In this document: positions 52,291 to 64,000 of the stretch, piece by piece
Numbering within the stretch: position 1 is the first letter of the stretch
Layout of the letters: each line of letters begins with the position of its first letter
Source: Octopus vulgaris
Lineage: Eukaryota
Length of the DNA: 64,000 nucleotides
Assembly: GCA_951406725.2 (NCBI GenBank)
Contig: OX597814.1
Span: 88,598,001-88,662,000, forward strand
Direction: 5' to 3'
The notes under the pieces: generated by a model
The model's input: only the letters and a program-made list of their open reading frames with translations
Database searches by the model: none
Told to the model about the DNA's origin: nothing
Made by a program: the position numbers and the translations under genes

Positions 52291-52748
52291 CACTGTGTAA
52301 CACGATTTTTGTGTTGGGTAGCAACTGTTATTTCCTATTTCCTTATCCCTAGAGAATATGAAAAATGGCTAATATTTCCTTCAAACTTTGCTTTTGTCAT
52401 GATATTTATTCAAACCCCAAAGAATTCATCTCAGTACATTAAGATGCTCCTCACTACTCAGAGATGCACATATTGTCAGTCACTCAAGTGGTTAAGGTCA
52501 AACAACTGAATAGCACATCTGTGGTACAGAGCAGAATATTTGCTATAACGATATTTCTGCTTCTGCAACTCAGCACTGAATCTGTCTGAAATATAATGGA
52601 AAATAGGTCAGTTTCAAAATATTGATGGCCAGGTAATAAAAACAAAATTTGAAGGGTATAGTAGTCATTTCCTTTGATTTCTGGATAGAAGCAAATAGGA
52701 AGTAACACTGACCTCCCCCCCCCAAAAAAAAATTGTAATTGATGAGTA
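52291..52748. mobile_element. Chapaev3-like non-autonomous element with long imperfect TIRs
   Basis: TAA|CACTGTGTAAC...GTTATTTCCTATTT...TTCAAACTTTGCTTTTGT is mirrored by AAAACAAAATTTGAAGG...AAATAGGAAGTAAC. Confidence 0.6.
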
Positions 52749-52920
52749 GCCATTACACCTTGTCAGTCGAACTTGCTCAGATTTGCTTGTTTCAATCACA
52801 TTACCAACCATGATCACACAGAGTATTAGCAATATCAGCAGGGTATCATCGTCAGGTGTGCACAGGAATGTTTCACTAACGACTTTTTGCCTTAGCTCTT
52901 CAGCAACACCTTGCAAAATA

Positions 52921-52996
<76 letters not shown>

Positions 52997-54613
52997 GATA
53001 TTATGTGGTTATAAGATGAATGCCATAATAGTCATTGTTATGTGCGGAATTCTTTTCCCACGAAACCCGGAAAACGATTAATAATAAGCAAATATTAAAT
53101 TAATCATAGACAGTTTGATATTCATTAGTTTATTCTCTTATTTGTATTTTCTCCCATTGTTCATTTTACATGGATAAAAGCATCCTTCTCGAGCCCTTTG
53201 GACTCATAAGCGCCGGTTTCCCGTTTTCCGTGACGTATATATACATACGGGACGTCAGATCGTCGTAAGATTACTCATTTTTGCCAGTTGAGTGAATTGG
53301 ATCAACGTGAAATGAAGTGTTTCGATCAAGAACACAACGCATTACCCGGTCAAGGAATTGAAACCACAACCTTACGATCATAGGTTCAAAACCCTGACCA
53401 CTAGGCTACACTCCTCCACTATTCACTTTACATTACTGTAGTCAATGCCGGTCCTAGGGTTGCAGACACTTTGAACAAAACGAATTTCGGTGCCTTATAA
53501 AAGGAATTATTTATCCTAGTTTTCACATGGAGGGGAAAACCCTTATTGAAAGAATAAAGCGCTTATTATAATATACACACGAAAGGGAACTGTTCAAACA
53601 CAGTGTTAAATTTTCAAATCTTTTCATTTATATAGTTAAGAAAGAAAGACAGAAAGAAAGAGAGAATGGCAAAGATCTCGTTACATTTTTGTTGCAAATC
53701 TCTCTCCCGTCCATCATTCTGTATGAAGAGAGAAAGTCCGAAGGGTGTTGTTGATCACATGCAGGTGTAACAAATCTCAAGGAATTTACACAATCTAATT
53801 CTATTTAATTTTATTTATTGTTTTCACATGTTTTTTTTGTTTATTTTTGTACTCTACAGAAAATCCAAAACACATGACTTGGTGCTCTCTAACATACAGC
53901 ACCTTTGGCGAATGTTTGGTTAGTAGTATCTTCAATAGAATTTGACTAACACATGATTTGTGTACAGCTTGGAACAACGACTAAATCACCTTCAAATTAC
54001 AATCTTAAAAAGACAAGTTCACCTTGGATAATTTACATATATGGTGTGGCCCTTGTGGTCAGCTTTCGTAGGAGAGACAATCTCTTTTAGATTAAGTCAT
54101 GGCTGGATTGAATGTTTGAATTTTACATCAAAAAGTAAAGAAGGTGTACAGAATATACCCATTTAATGTCTCTTTTTTTTCTTACAGTTTATAAAAATCT
54201 TAAAATTTTCAGTCCTTAGTATCCGTTTACAGCGCTATGCCGTGGCAAATAAATTATGCTAAATTAAACATTTTACGAAGCTAGATAATTCTTATAACGA
54301 GAAAGTAGCTTACAATTTAAAAGACATTCACGGGATGTTTTTTTTTTCTTAACTGTTATATCTCATCACAGATTTGTAATAATTCAGTCATGGAGTGAGA
54401 AGAGAGGGGAGTTTATTAACATACAGATTAATATTTCCAGGGCAATGGCCCTGTAGTCTAGTCTTAGATACACAAAAGCTGGAAGAAATGCCTTTGATCA
54501 TAGACTTGCTCAGTAAGGATCATCTGGGGTGTTAAATAGCAACATCAGCAAATAAGTTCTGCTAAAAAGGAAAACTAAGCAACACTTTACTATTTATTAT
54601 TATTACCTTCCTT

Positions 54614-54930
54614 TAGGCGGCGAGCTGGCACATTCGTTAGCACACCGGATACAATACTTAGCGACATTTCGTCCGTCTTTACAAGGCGGTTAGCTTGCAG
54701 AAACGTTAGCACACCAGGCGAAATGCTTAGCGGTATTTCGTCTGCCGCTACGTTCGAGGTTGACTTTGCCTTTCATCCTTTCGGGGTCGATTAAATAAGT
54801 ACCAGTTACGCACTGGGGTCGATATAATCGACTTAATCCGTTTGTCTGTTCTTGTTTGTCCTCTCTGTGTTTAGCCCCTTGTGGGTAGTAAAGAAATAGG
54901 TATTTCGCCCGTCGCTACGTTTTGAGTTCA
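54614..54930 (+). mobile_element. Family A SINE with duplicated head
   Basis: GGCGGCGAGCTGGCAC and GGCGGTTAGCTTGCAGAAACG heads followed by the standard body. Confidence 0.85.
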
Positions 54931-55539
54931 AAAAGAGGAGGAGGAGGAAAAATAAGGAGAAAAAACCCACAGTACTGGTTTTATTTACCAGCCTTGAAAG
55001 GATGGTAAGCAAAGTTGACCCGTGTGGAATTTCAAAATTGAGGGTGACAAGGAACAGTATTGTTCGGTTAAATACACTACGCACAAAATATTTAAAGAAA
55101 ACATGACAAAAAAGATGTAAAGCATTTGCTTTTGATACACGGATTGAAAAAGAAACTTGATCTTCGGGCCGTAACTCAGCCTCACACACAGATACACAGA
55201 CCCCACCACACACACACACACACACATGTCCTATAAAGTGTGAGTGACAGAGTGCAAAAAAAAAGCAATTGTCAACATGAAAGTACACATTTGTTGAGAA
55301 AAATCAATGCATGACAAAAAGCTTGTACTTCTTTATATGAAGACGTTTCGATGTCGCTCATATCACTAGTATCTGTTCAAACAAACATGAGCGTAATTTT
55401 GAAAATAAATGAATAACTATGTGTATACAAATCTCGTTTCACTCAGCAAGTTATCATCTTTAAGTTCCCTTAAGTGACGCAGCTAGTCACTGCTGTGTCA
55501 CTCTAGACACTTTTTCACTCAACCGTCTCTGCTCTCTGT

Positions 55540-56480
55540 CATGTGTAGCAGGGTTGCATTGTTGTGATCTTGTCCAGTCCTTGATGTTGCCATATCAATT
55601 GTGCCTTGAAGGCTGGGCATATTTGTTGACTTGCTGCACGACAAAGAAGTTCATTTTGTGTTCTGCGTACGGTATACGTTGCAGCTTTTGGAGCAGTTGT
55701 ACTCAAATATCTGGATTCTTTATTCCATGTGAGCTGTAAGAATCCAGCTCTCATTTGTGCACTTTGAGTCTCGTTCGAAAACTAACAGGGTTGCCTTTCC
55801 ATATGGCATTCAGCTTCCACCAGAGGCCAAACTGAGTCTTGTTGTTATCTACTTTCGAGAGCTGCCCTCTTTGGTCAAAGTGGATCCTAGTTACTTGACA
55901 AATACTTTTCCGTTCAACGCGATGTTGGTTGCTGTGGTTGTTATTAACCAAGATCTTGCTCTTTTCTTGGCTGATCTCCGATGCTTTTTTCAACCTGGTA
56001 ATGAGTTCCCAGAATTCTGCTTCACTACTTCCTAACATGTCAATATGTTCAGCAAAGCGCAAGTTAGTGGAGATGAGCAGTTTTCCAATATGGACAGATG
56101 GCTGGAAGTCTTGGAGTGTCTTCTACATGATGTTCTCCAGGAAAATGTTAAAAAAGACCAAAGAGTAGAGACATCTTTGTCGCACTGTTGTTCTGAAGAA
56201 TTCTCCGATGTTGTTGTTCAGGATGACTGAACTTTTTGAGATGTCATGTAGTGCTTGGATTACTTCGATAAGGTTGTTGTTGAAGTTGTAATTCTTCGTC
56301 ACTTATCACAATCCATCATGTCAAACGCGATCAAATGTCTTTTCGAAGTCACTGAAGTTGTGATAGAGAGATCAGATTGGTGATACAGATGTTTCTCACA
56401 GAGCAGTCTGATGTTAAATATCTGCTCCACACTACTCCATTTTTGTTCTAAATCCTACTTGTTCTTCTGCAAGGATTTCT
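55540..56480 (-). mobile_element. RTE-clade LINE reverse-transcriptase remnant
   Basis: EEQVGFR, SVEQIFNIRLLCEKHL, DFEKTFDRV*HDGL, LRFAEHIDMLGSSEAE (FADD decayed), EISQEKSKILVN; stops and frameshifts. Confidence 0.9.
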
Positions 56481-57961
56481 ACTATCGACCCCATAAATCA
56501 TAAGGGGTAGGCAGCAGAAGACAGCAAGTACAGATAAAAGTAAATTGAAATCTTCAGTATATGAATTCATAAGCATTTTTTTAAATGATTGGTTGAGATA
56601 ACTGATTGAATAAAGAAGCCTGCGTTACTTTATTTTAAAGAATAATCCAAAATTAAAAAAAGAATATATAAATAATCCGTCCTAATTTAGGCACAAGGCC
56701 AGCAGTTTTGAAAGGAGGGGTTAGCCAACATCATGCTTTATTTTACCGATCCCGAAATAATGAAAGGCAAAGACGACCTCCACGTGATTTGAATTCAAAC
56801 ATAAAGAAACGCTTCAAACCATTTTGTTCGACACTCTAGTAATTCATTCAGCTTGAGCTGTGGCCGGACTAAACAATGGCTGCTTGTCATTTCTTTGACA
56901 ATCCTTTAAAATTAAGCTCCTACAATAGGAATTTCGTATTTATTTGTAAAACGCCCAATTCCTTTTGCTTCAACAATTCTGTAACAAATCTGATATGACT
57001 AATAAACGGTTGACAGATTTGAGTTTTGTATGGATTACTTTGTCTCACTTATGTCACTATAACTTATATAAACACATTGTCGCATAAAAGCAACAATACA
57101 GAACTCTATTCTGGGAATGTGGATTTCTACACCGTATGTAAAAAAAGGACATAAGGCGTTCTTAAACCATGCATACGCTTCCTGTTATAAAACGAGAACA
57201 ATTTGCTAATTCTTTGGACATATGTACGTCACCTAAGAGAGATAAATAAGAACAAAATTAACTGAAGGAAAAGAAATGCTAACAACAGCAACAACAATAG
57301 CAGCAGAAGCAACAGCAGCAGCAGCAGCAGCAGAAGAAGAAGAAGAAGTAGAAGAAGAAGAAGTAGTAGTAGTAGTAGTAGTAGTAGGAGGAGGAGGAGG
57401 AGGAAAAGGAGAAGATGACAATTGTGATGATGATGGTGACGATGAAATAATAGATGAAGTAATGGTTGTAGTAGTAGTAATAGTTGTTGTTTAACCTCCA
57501 GGTCAGACTTTATAAAGCAGACCCATGATGGATGACGTTCATCTGTGACAACACACACATTTCGTAGACCAGAGATTATATTGTTCATTGTGTTCTTTTC
57601 TTAACACGGTAGTAGAATGTGATTTCAGGGAAATTTGGTTGCTGTTTCTAGCAGCCTGATCGACTTCGTTAGCTCAAAAACATAAGGAAAAAAGATGTTG
57701 ATAATGAAGTAGTAGTTGATGATGACAATAAACTTGTTTAACCCCAGGCCAGCTGTGGTTGAGCAGATTTGCATCGAAGGTATTTCCATTGTGATCACAC
57801 GATAATTTTGAGGCCTTGTAATTTGATGGCAGTATAGCTGCTGTTTCTAGCAGACCAAACTCTCCTGTTGGCTCAAGTATAGTAACATAAACAAAAGCTA
57901 AAAAAAGAAAACGGACCTGGAAAGGATGAAATAATGTTGACCTAGATGGTATTTGAGCCCC

Positions 57962-58027
<66 letters not shown>

Positions 58028-58949
58028 AACACATACGATGGGCTTCTTTCAGTTTCTGTCTACTAAATCCATTCACAAGGCTTTGGTCCCCATATAAGAG
58101 ATCCAGAATAAAAACATCAAAAATTTATTTCCAATACTTTGGACAATTCTAAGGTGGCGAGCTAACAAAATCGAAAGAAAGCTGGGCAAAACTCCTACCG
58201 ACAGTCTGTCCGTTCTTGAGTTCAAATTCTGCCGAGGTCAATTATACCTTTCATCCCTTCGGGATCGATAAAATAAGCACCAGTTATGGAGTTATGGAGT
58301 CGATGTAATCAACTTACCTGCTCTCTTGAAATTGGTGGCTTTGTGCCGAAATTTGAATCCAATATTTTTGACAATTCTGCTCTCATACGTCATCTATAAA
58401 ATTATCTAAAAATACATAAATCGTAGTTGACTAGCAACTGTTTTGTTCGACTGAATACTCAACACACCATGAAAGCTATAAAGAGTGGTAGAACATATGT
58501 AAGCACGAAACGTGCTTACTCACTTTACATTGTTTTTGTTTGTTTGCGAGCCGAAGTGAAGTTTAAACTAGATCTTACTTGTAGAGTAAAGACAATTATG
58601 CTTAAATAACACTATTCGTAGTGCAAGGTGAAGGTAAATGGATACCAACTTAACCGATAGCGAAAAAAAAGAGTAGGTGTTAGCAAAGATGTGTGTAGCG
58701 ATGCGTGTGATAAATCCATAAGCAAAGTAAACGCATGCACACACACACATACACATATTGCCCTATTAAATAAAACATTTGGTCGGCCCGAGGTGCCACG
58801 CAGTGGGACTGAACCTGGAACTATGTGGGTGGAAAGTAAAATTTGTTTAAACACAGTCATGCCGGCGCCTACACACTCACACACACACACACACATATGT
58901 ATATATATAAATATGTATGTATGTATATATGTATGTATAAATATATGTT

Positions 58950-59025
<76 letters not shown>

Positions 59026-59026
59026 A

Positions 59027-59188
59027 GGCGCAGGAATGGCTGTGTGGTAAGTAGTTTGCTTACGAACCACATTGTTCCGGGTTCAGTCTCACTGCATGGC
59101 ATCTTGAGCAAGTGTCTTCTACTATAGCCTCGGGTCGACCAAAGCCTTGTGAGTGGATTTGGTAGACGGAAACTGAAAGAAGCCTGTC

Positions 59189-59190
<2 letters not shown>
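59027..59190 (+). mobile_element. Family B SINE 5' half
   Basis: GGCGCAGGAATGGCTGTGTGGTAAG...GAAACTGAAAGAAGCCTGTCG. Confidence 0.85.
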
Positions 59191-59225
<35 letters not shown>

Positions 59226-59327
59226 ATATATATATACATATATATATATATATTATGTGTGTGTGTTTGTGTGTTTGTGTGTGTGTATGTGTGTATGTAC
59301 ATATGCATATATATGTATGCATGTATG

Positions 59328-59360
<33 letters not shown>

Positions 59361-60506
59361 TTCTGGTTTAACGCCCCTCCATGTTTGTTTTCGTTCCGTT
59401 TCCTTATATGTCTCATCTGTTCTGCTTTTGTTCCCAAATTAGACCCTCAATAAATCCAAAATCTTATTTTGGTATCTTTGGGAGCAACTATCTTCGAAGA
59501 TTCATATTGTCGTTGTTTGCTAGAAATGGGGAGTAGGTAGACAGCCGACAACTGATGAAGTGTCTTTCTTTGTAGTCTTTCTATTACCTGTCCTGTTTTC
59601 CTTTTTTCTCTCGTTATTTGCGTACTTAACACATTTGTTTTCGTATTTCATGATGTTTATTGTTGGTGACGTCCTGTACCCATATAATATATATATATAT
59701 ATATATGTAAAAAGTAAAAAATATAAACTGGGACAAGAACGTGAAACACCTAGAAGACGACACAAGAACCACTGGACGGGACATTCGAAGCCCTCAGTCA
59801 TCAGTCAAGAACCGGATCATCTTCGCAATTTCGGCTGATTAATCTTGAGATTGCTCTGACCTGGGGTGCCACCAAGGGAAATCTAAGCCAAGTGCATTAG
59901 ATCCCTTGGAAGAAGGCCTCGAATGTATACAACACAAGGACGGAAAACGGACGATGTACACGAATAAAAATACAAAAATACGTGAAAACAATAAGGAAAG
60001 CACGAATAAGAATAAAAAAAAGGGAAAGACAATAATGTTAAGGATAAAAACAAAACCAGGACGTAGGACAAGGGTCTTTCGACAGGACGAGTTGAGTTTG
60101 AGGCTGGCTTGTAGAGGAGTACCTTATGGCCACGGGAAACAAACAAAAACGTGTTACTTCAACGACTGCTGGATGCGAAAAGGCAAAACGGCAGTGGCTA
60201 GCTGGTCACGTGAGGACAAAAGAGAGGAGAAAGGGACAGATGAGGAGAGAGAGAAGGTGAACAGGGGAGGAGAAGACAGAGACAGATCGAGGGGAGTGTA
60301 AGGTATGAGAGGCAGAGAAGCGTAGGAGGGGGGGGGCGGATAAAGAGAGAAAGAAAGAAAGAAGGGGAATAAGGGAGGATGAGAGAGAGAAAGAGACAGA
60401 TCAAGAGTCGTACCAATGTTAGAGAATATATACTTACGTATAAGGACAAAAGTATGTATGTATGTATGTAATTATGTATATATTATTTTTGTTATTATCA
60501 TCATCA

Positions 60507-60538
<32 letters not shown>

Positions 60539-61078
60539 GAGTGAGAGAGCAGTTCATGCCATCAAAGTGACACTGGGGTAAAATATACGAAGCCCAATAT
60601 ACCCATCATGACTACCCGTCTGATAAAGGTCACACCAGGCACATGCATCACAACCATATGTGCGCGACATGGTGATCTCATATCAAGATAAACAGCACAT
60701 GACCTTGCAGGTGGGGCCCAGTTAGAATTTTCTTCAGGTTGAGTAGCCCATCCCGCTCAAACGGTCCCTGAATAAGGGTTGTTTAAGGATGTTGAAAGAA
60801 CCACCCATGTTTCCAGAGGTGAACTATTCAAACCCCAAAGAATCCCTCTCAACACATGGCTATGATGCTCCCCCACTACTTCTGCTCATGATCAGAGATG
60901 CACATATCGTCAGCCACTAAGGGATATGCTCAACTGGTTAAGGTCAAACAACTGACAAGCAAATCTGTGGTATTGAGCAGTATATTTGCTGTAGCCCATC
61001 TTTTATACCAAGACAAAACAATGTACATGATAACACTTCCAATCAGTTAAGATCAGAAGCCATGAGAGCCACTGCCTG
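60539..61078. mobile_element. Non-coding element embedded in (TTA)n, class uncertain
   Basis: 540 bp of complex sequence with (TTA)n at both junctions; internal part homologous to 52407-52548. Confidence 0.6.
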
Positions 61079-61162
<84 letters not shown>

Positions 61163-61434
61163 ATTATTAATATTATTATTTAACTGAACGCCACGCATCC
61201 ATTTCCAAATCTATCTTAAACTTTTAGATGAGACTCTACTCTATAGTGTTTTGACTCCCCTATCCTTCTCTATTCCCTTTTTCTCCCTTTCACCGTTTTA
61301 TCTGTCTCGCTTTCTCCCCCTTTCTCTTTTTCTCTCTCTCGTTGATAACGCGTGACCATCGTCCATCTTTCTTTTCCTCCTTATCTATCTATCTATCCTT
61401 GTTTCTTTCTGTGAATTTCTTTTTTGTGAATTCT

Positions 61435-61530
<96 letters not shown>

Positions 61531-62463
61531 TTAGTTAGTTATTTATGTGCTGTGCTTTTGCGTGCGCGTGAATGTGTGTGTGTGAGTGAGAGAGGAGAGA
61601 GAGAAGGTTTCTTTCAGTTTCCATCAACTAAATCCACTCACAAGGTTTTAGTTGGACCGAGGCTAGAATAGAAGACACTAGTCCAGGGTGCCATGCCTGC
61701 GCCTATAGGTGTATAGGTTTATATTTTGAATTCATCTTTTATTTACTTATATTATAAAGCACATCGTATCTATCAAACATATTACAAGAAGGTAAATATG
61801 TTAGACCTTCTAAGTTCATTTCGATTATATTTAATGGTACAGCTTTGATTAAATGGCAAGAATTGTAAAGAACTTTTTAAAATTCTTTGCTTGTGTCTAA
61901 TATATTAACAATGTTTTCAAATATGCTGTTTTACTCTCTGGAATTTCCGCGGATCCCGCAAGTAAGCAGATAAATCTCGACGTATAAAGACTAAGGGAAA
62001 TGAAGAATCGGAATGAGTGTTTCACTATTGTGCAGATTATAGTTAAATTTTAAAATGATGGATTCTGATTTAGGCCAAAAATTTTGAAAGGAGGGAATTA
62101 GTCGACATCATCGATCCCAGTACTTGATTAATACTTTAATTTAATGTTCCAGAAAGAATGAAAGGCAAACTCGACCTCAGCAGGATTTGAACTCGGAACG
62201 TAAAGGAATCCTTCAAAGCATTTTGTCCGAACCTTTAGCGATTCTGCTAGCTCATGGCAGGCAGGACTAAACAATGGCTGCTGATGGTTTGCCTGACACA
62301 CCCCATACAATAGAAATATCACATTTATTTGTATAAAACCCAATTACAGTTGCTTAAATAATTCTGTAACGAATCTGATATATCTAATAAACGGTTGACT
62401 GGTTTGAGCTTGGTATGGATTACTTTGTCAGCCTTATTGTCACATAAAAAAACCTTTATTTCG

Positions 62464-62628
62464 AGAAGAAGAAGAAGAAGAAGAAGAAGAAGAAGAAGAA
62501 GAAGAAGAAGAAGAAGAAGAAGAAGAAGAAGAAGAAGAAGAAGAAGAAGAAGAAGAAGAAGAAGAAGAAGAAGAAGAAGAAGAAGAAGAAGAAGAAGAAG
62601 AAGAAGAAGAAGAAGAAGAAGAAGAAGA
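62464..62628. repeat. Perfect (GAA)n tract, about 55 units
   Basis: Directly visible. Confidence 0.98.
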
Positions 62629-63039
62629 ATTAATAGTGACTGAAAACAAAAGATGAATCCATTGCCTACGTCATACTTTCAGCTGAACAAAATTTCGTGA
62701 CTGACCCAAGTATTTCATGAATCTTTTCGCATGTTACTGTAGATAAATATGTTTACAGTTTTAGAACAGAGAGAAATACGTACACGCAAGCACGCACTCA
62801 GACACAGAAATACACGCATATTTAAAGCTGAATCGCAATGCATTACTACTCGAAGTGTTATGTTCTAGGTCTTCAGGCGATTGAAATTGTGGACTTTGAG
62901 ACGTTTTTAAATACATTAGGAATGTATAGAAACATATCTTCAGTCCAGTGACACTAACAATATAGAGGTTTCCGGCGTGTATGTGAACCATAATATACAG
63001 TTCTACTGCCGATTCTTACATCATAGTAATGCACCGGCT

Positions 63040-63520
63040 CCAGCATTCAATCCTTATAAGGACAGGTTGGTAAAAAATCAAAACTCACTATCTTCAATTC
63101 GGTTTATGTGATTATTCTTACCAATAGTTATGAATGTTGAGTGATGAATGAAAGAGTACGAATGCGAAAGATCTCCGGAGTAACGTTACTCGATAGGGTG
63201 AGTAGCTCGGAGTTTAGTGAGTCTCTCCAGGTCGAGCTCCTACTTTAACGCATTGTGAGATCACAGCTCTAGTACTGCGGATATGTGATAAGAATATCAT
63301 AGGAATGAATTGCAAGATAGATTCTTCAAACCGAGCCAACCGGAAAGAGAACATGGGTAGACCATAACGAGATGGTTGAATGATACCTATAATCTCAGTT
63401 GGTCACGCTTAGGAATCCAGCCGGAAAGTGGAATGACAGCTACTTTTGATAGGACCTTATGGAGGAAGTGCCTGAGGACTCTACTTTCACGAACCATCCA
63501 GTAACAGTGGGAAAGAAAGA
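63040..63520 (+). mobile_element. RTE (Rex3/Expander-like) LINE 3' end
   Basis: ISGVTLLDRVSSSE...LQVELLL..QL.YCG.VIR...PTGKR..GRP..RW motifs with stops; homologous to 28510-28745. Confidence 0.8.
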
Positions 63521-63607
63521 TGAATAGATTTTCACACTTCTATAGAAACCCTTGAGAAAAACATCAGCATATGCTCTTTTTCGCACCACCCAGAAAATTC
63601 CATTTAC

Positions 63608-63826
63608 CCAAACTTTTCAACAGAATTAAGGTCAATGCTTGTTGAAGAAAAGTCGCCCTAGCTTCGACTGAATTTTGTACAAAACCTTTAGAAAATCTAT
63701 ATAATTCTGACAAAGTTCTAAATTGTCTTTCTTTCTTCTGTCCCTCCCACGCAAGGTCATCTGAAACTCTCTGCAGATGGTATTCTTTCCCTAAATTGTT
63801 CTTTACGATCACATGGACACTTATAC
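63608..63826 (-). CDS. Candidate host coding exon, MATH/TRAF-like domain C-terminal part
   Basis: TTCTAAT..CTCTCTGTTCAG| acceptor, |GTAAAT donor, 219-nt phase 1-1 open frame ISVHVIVKN...RQFRTLSELYRFSKGFVQNSVEARATF; in-frame stop just upstream in the intron. Confidence 0.45.
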
Positions 63827-63881
63827 CTGAACAGAGAGCTTGTTATTAGAACTAACAGTCAAATATATATATATATATACT

Positions 63882-64000
63882 AGGTCTGATCAATAGCTAT
63901 CCGGACTGTTGCCATAGTAACGAAGCTGAAGCATGCATGCTAAAGCCGCTTGGCAAAGATTGACCTTCAACCCTGTTATGCCTGCACACTAGATTTTAAC
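63882..64000. mobile_element. Mariner-like MITE left end (runs off the window)
   Basis: TA|CTAGGTCTGATCAATAGCTATCCGGACT resembles mariner TIRs of the CGAGGTCTGATCAAAAAGTATCCGGA type. Confidence 0.55.

Noticed and set aside
59515-59565. GAAA...CTGATGA arrangement suggesting a permuted hammerhead (also 33970-34010 and 59790-59835)
   Set aside because: Stems I and II cannot be paired convincingly around the core
62395-62649. Poly-Arg and poly-Ser ORFs
   Set aside because: Readings of the (GAA)n tract

Overview
This is eukaryotic, AT-rich, repeat-dominated DNA. It is almost certainly Octopus or a related coleoid cephalopod, judged from three abundant tRNA-derived SINE families resembling the octopus OK/OR1/OR2 SINEs and from dense microsatellites. 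No complete protein-coding gene is visible, and most ORFs in the track are microsatellite or SINE artefacts. RNA genes: three intact tRNAs (Ser-GCT, Cys-GCA, Thr-TGT) and two decayed tRNA-Cys-like copies. Retroelements: a young 5'-truncated R4/Dong-type LINE inserted in (TAA)n, RTE and Gypsy remnants, a 1-kb solo LTR with a 4-bp TSD, and several Penelope-type termini carrying minimal hammerhead ribozymes, including an inverted pair. DNA transposons: a decayed near-full Chapaev3-type element, an intron-containing Tc1 transposase, two non-autonomous Helitrons and many MITEs. There is one plausible host coding exon (MATH-domain-like) near the right edge and several local duplications. Family names were assigned by eye, and repeat coordinates are approximate unless TIRs or TSDs are quoted.
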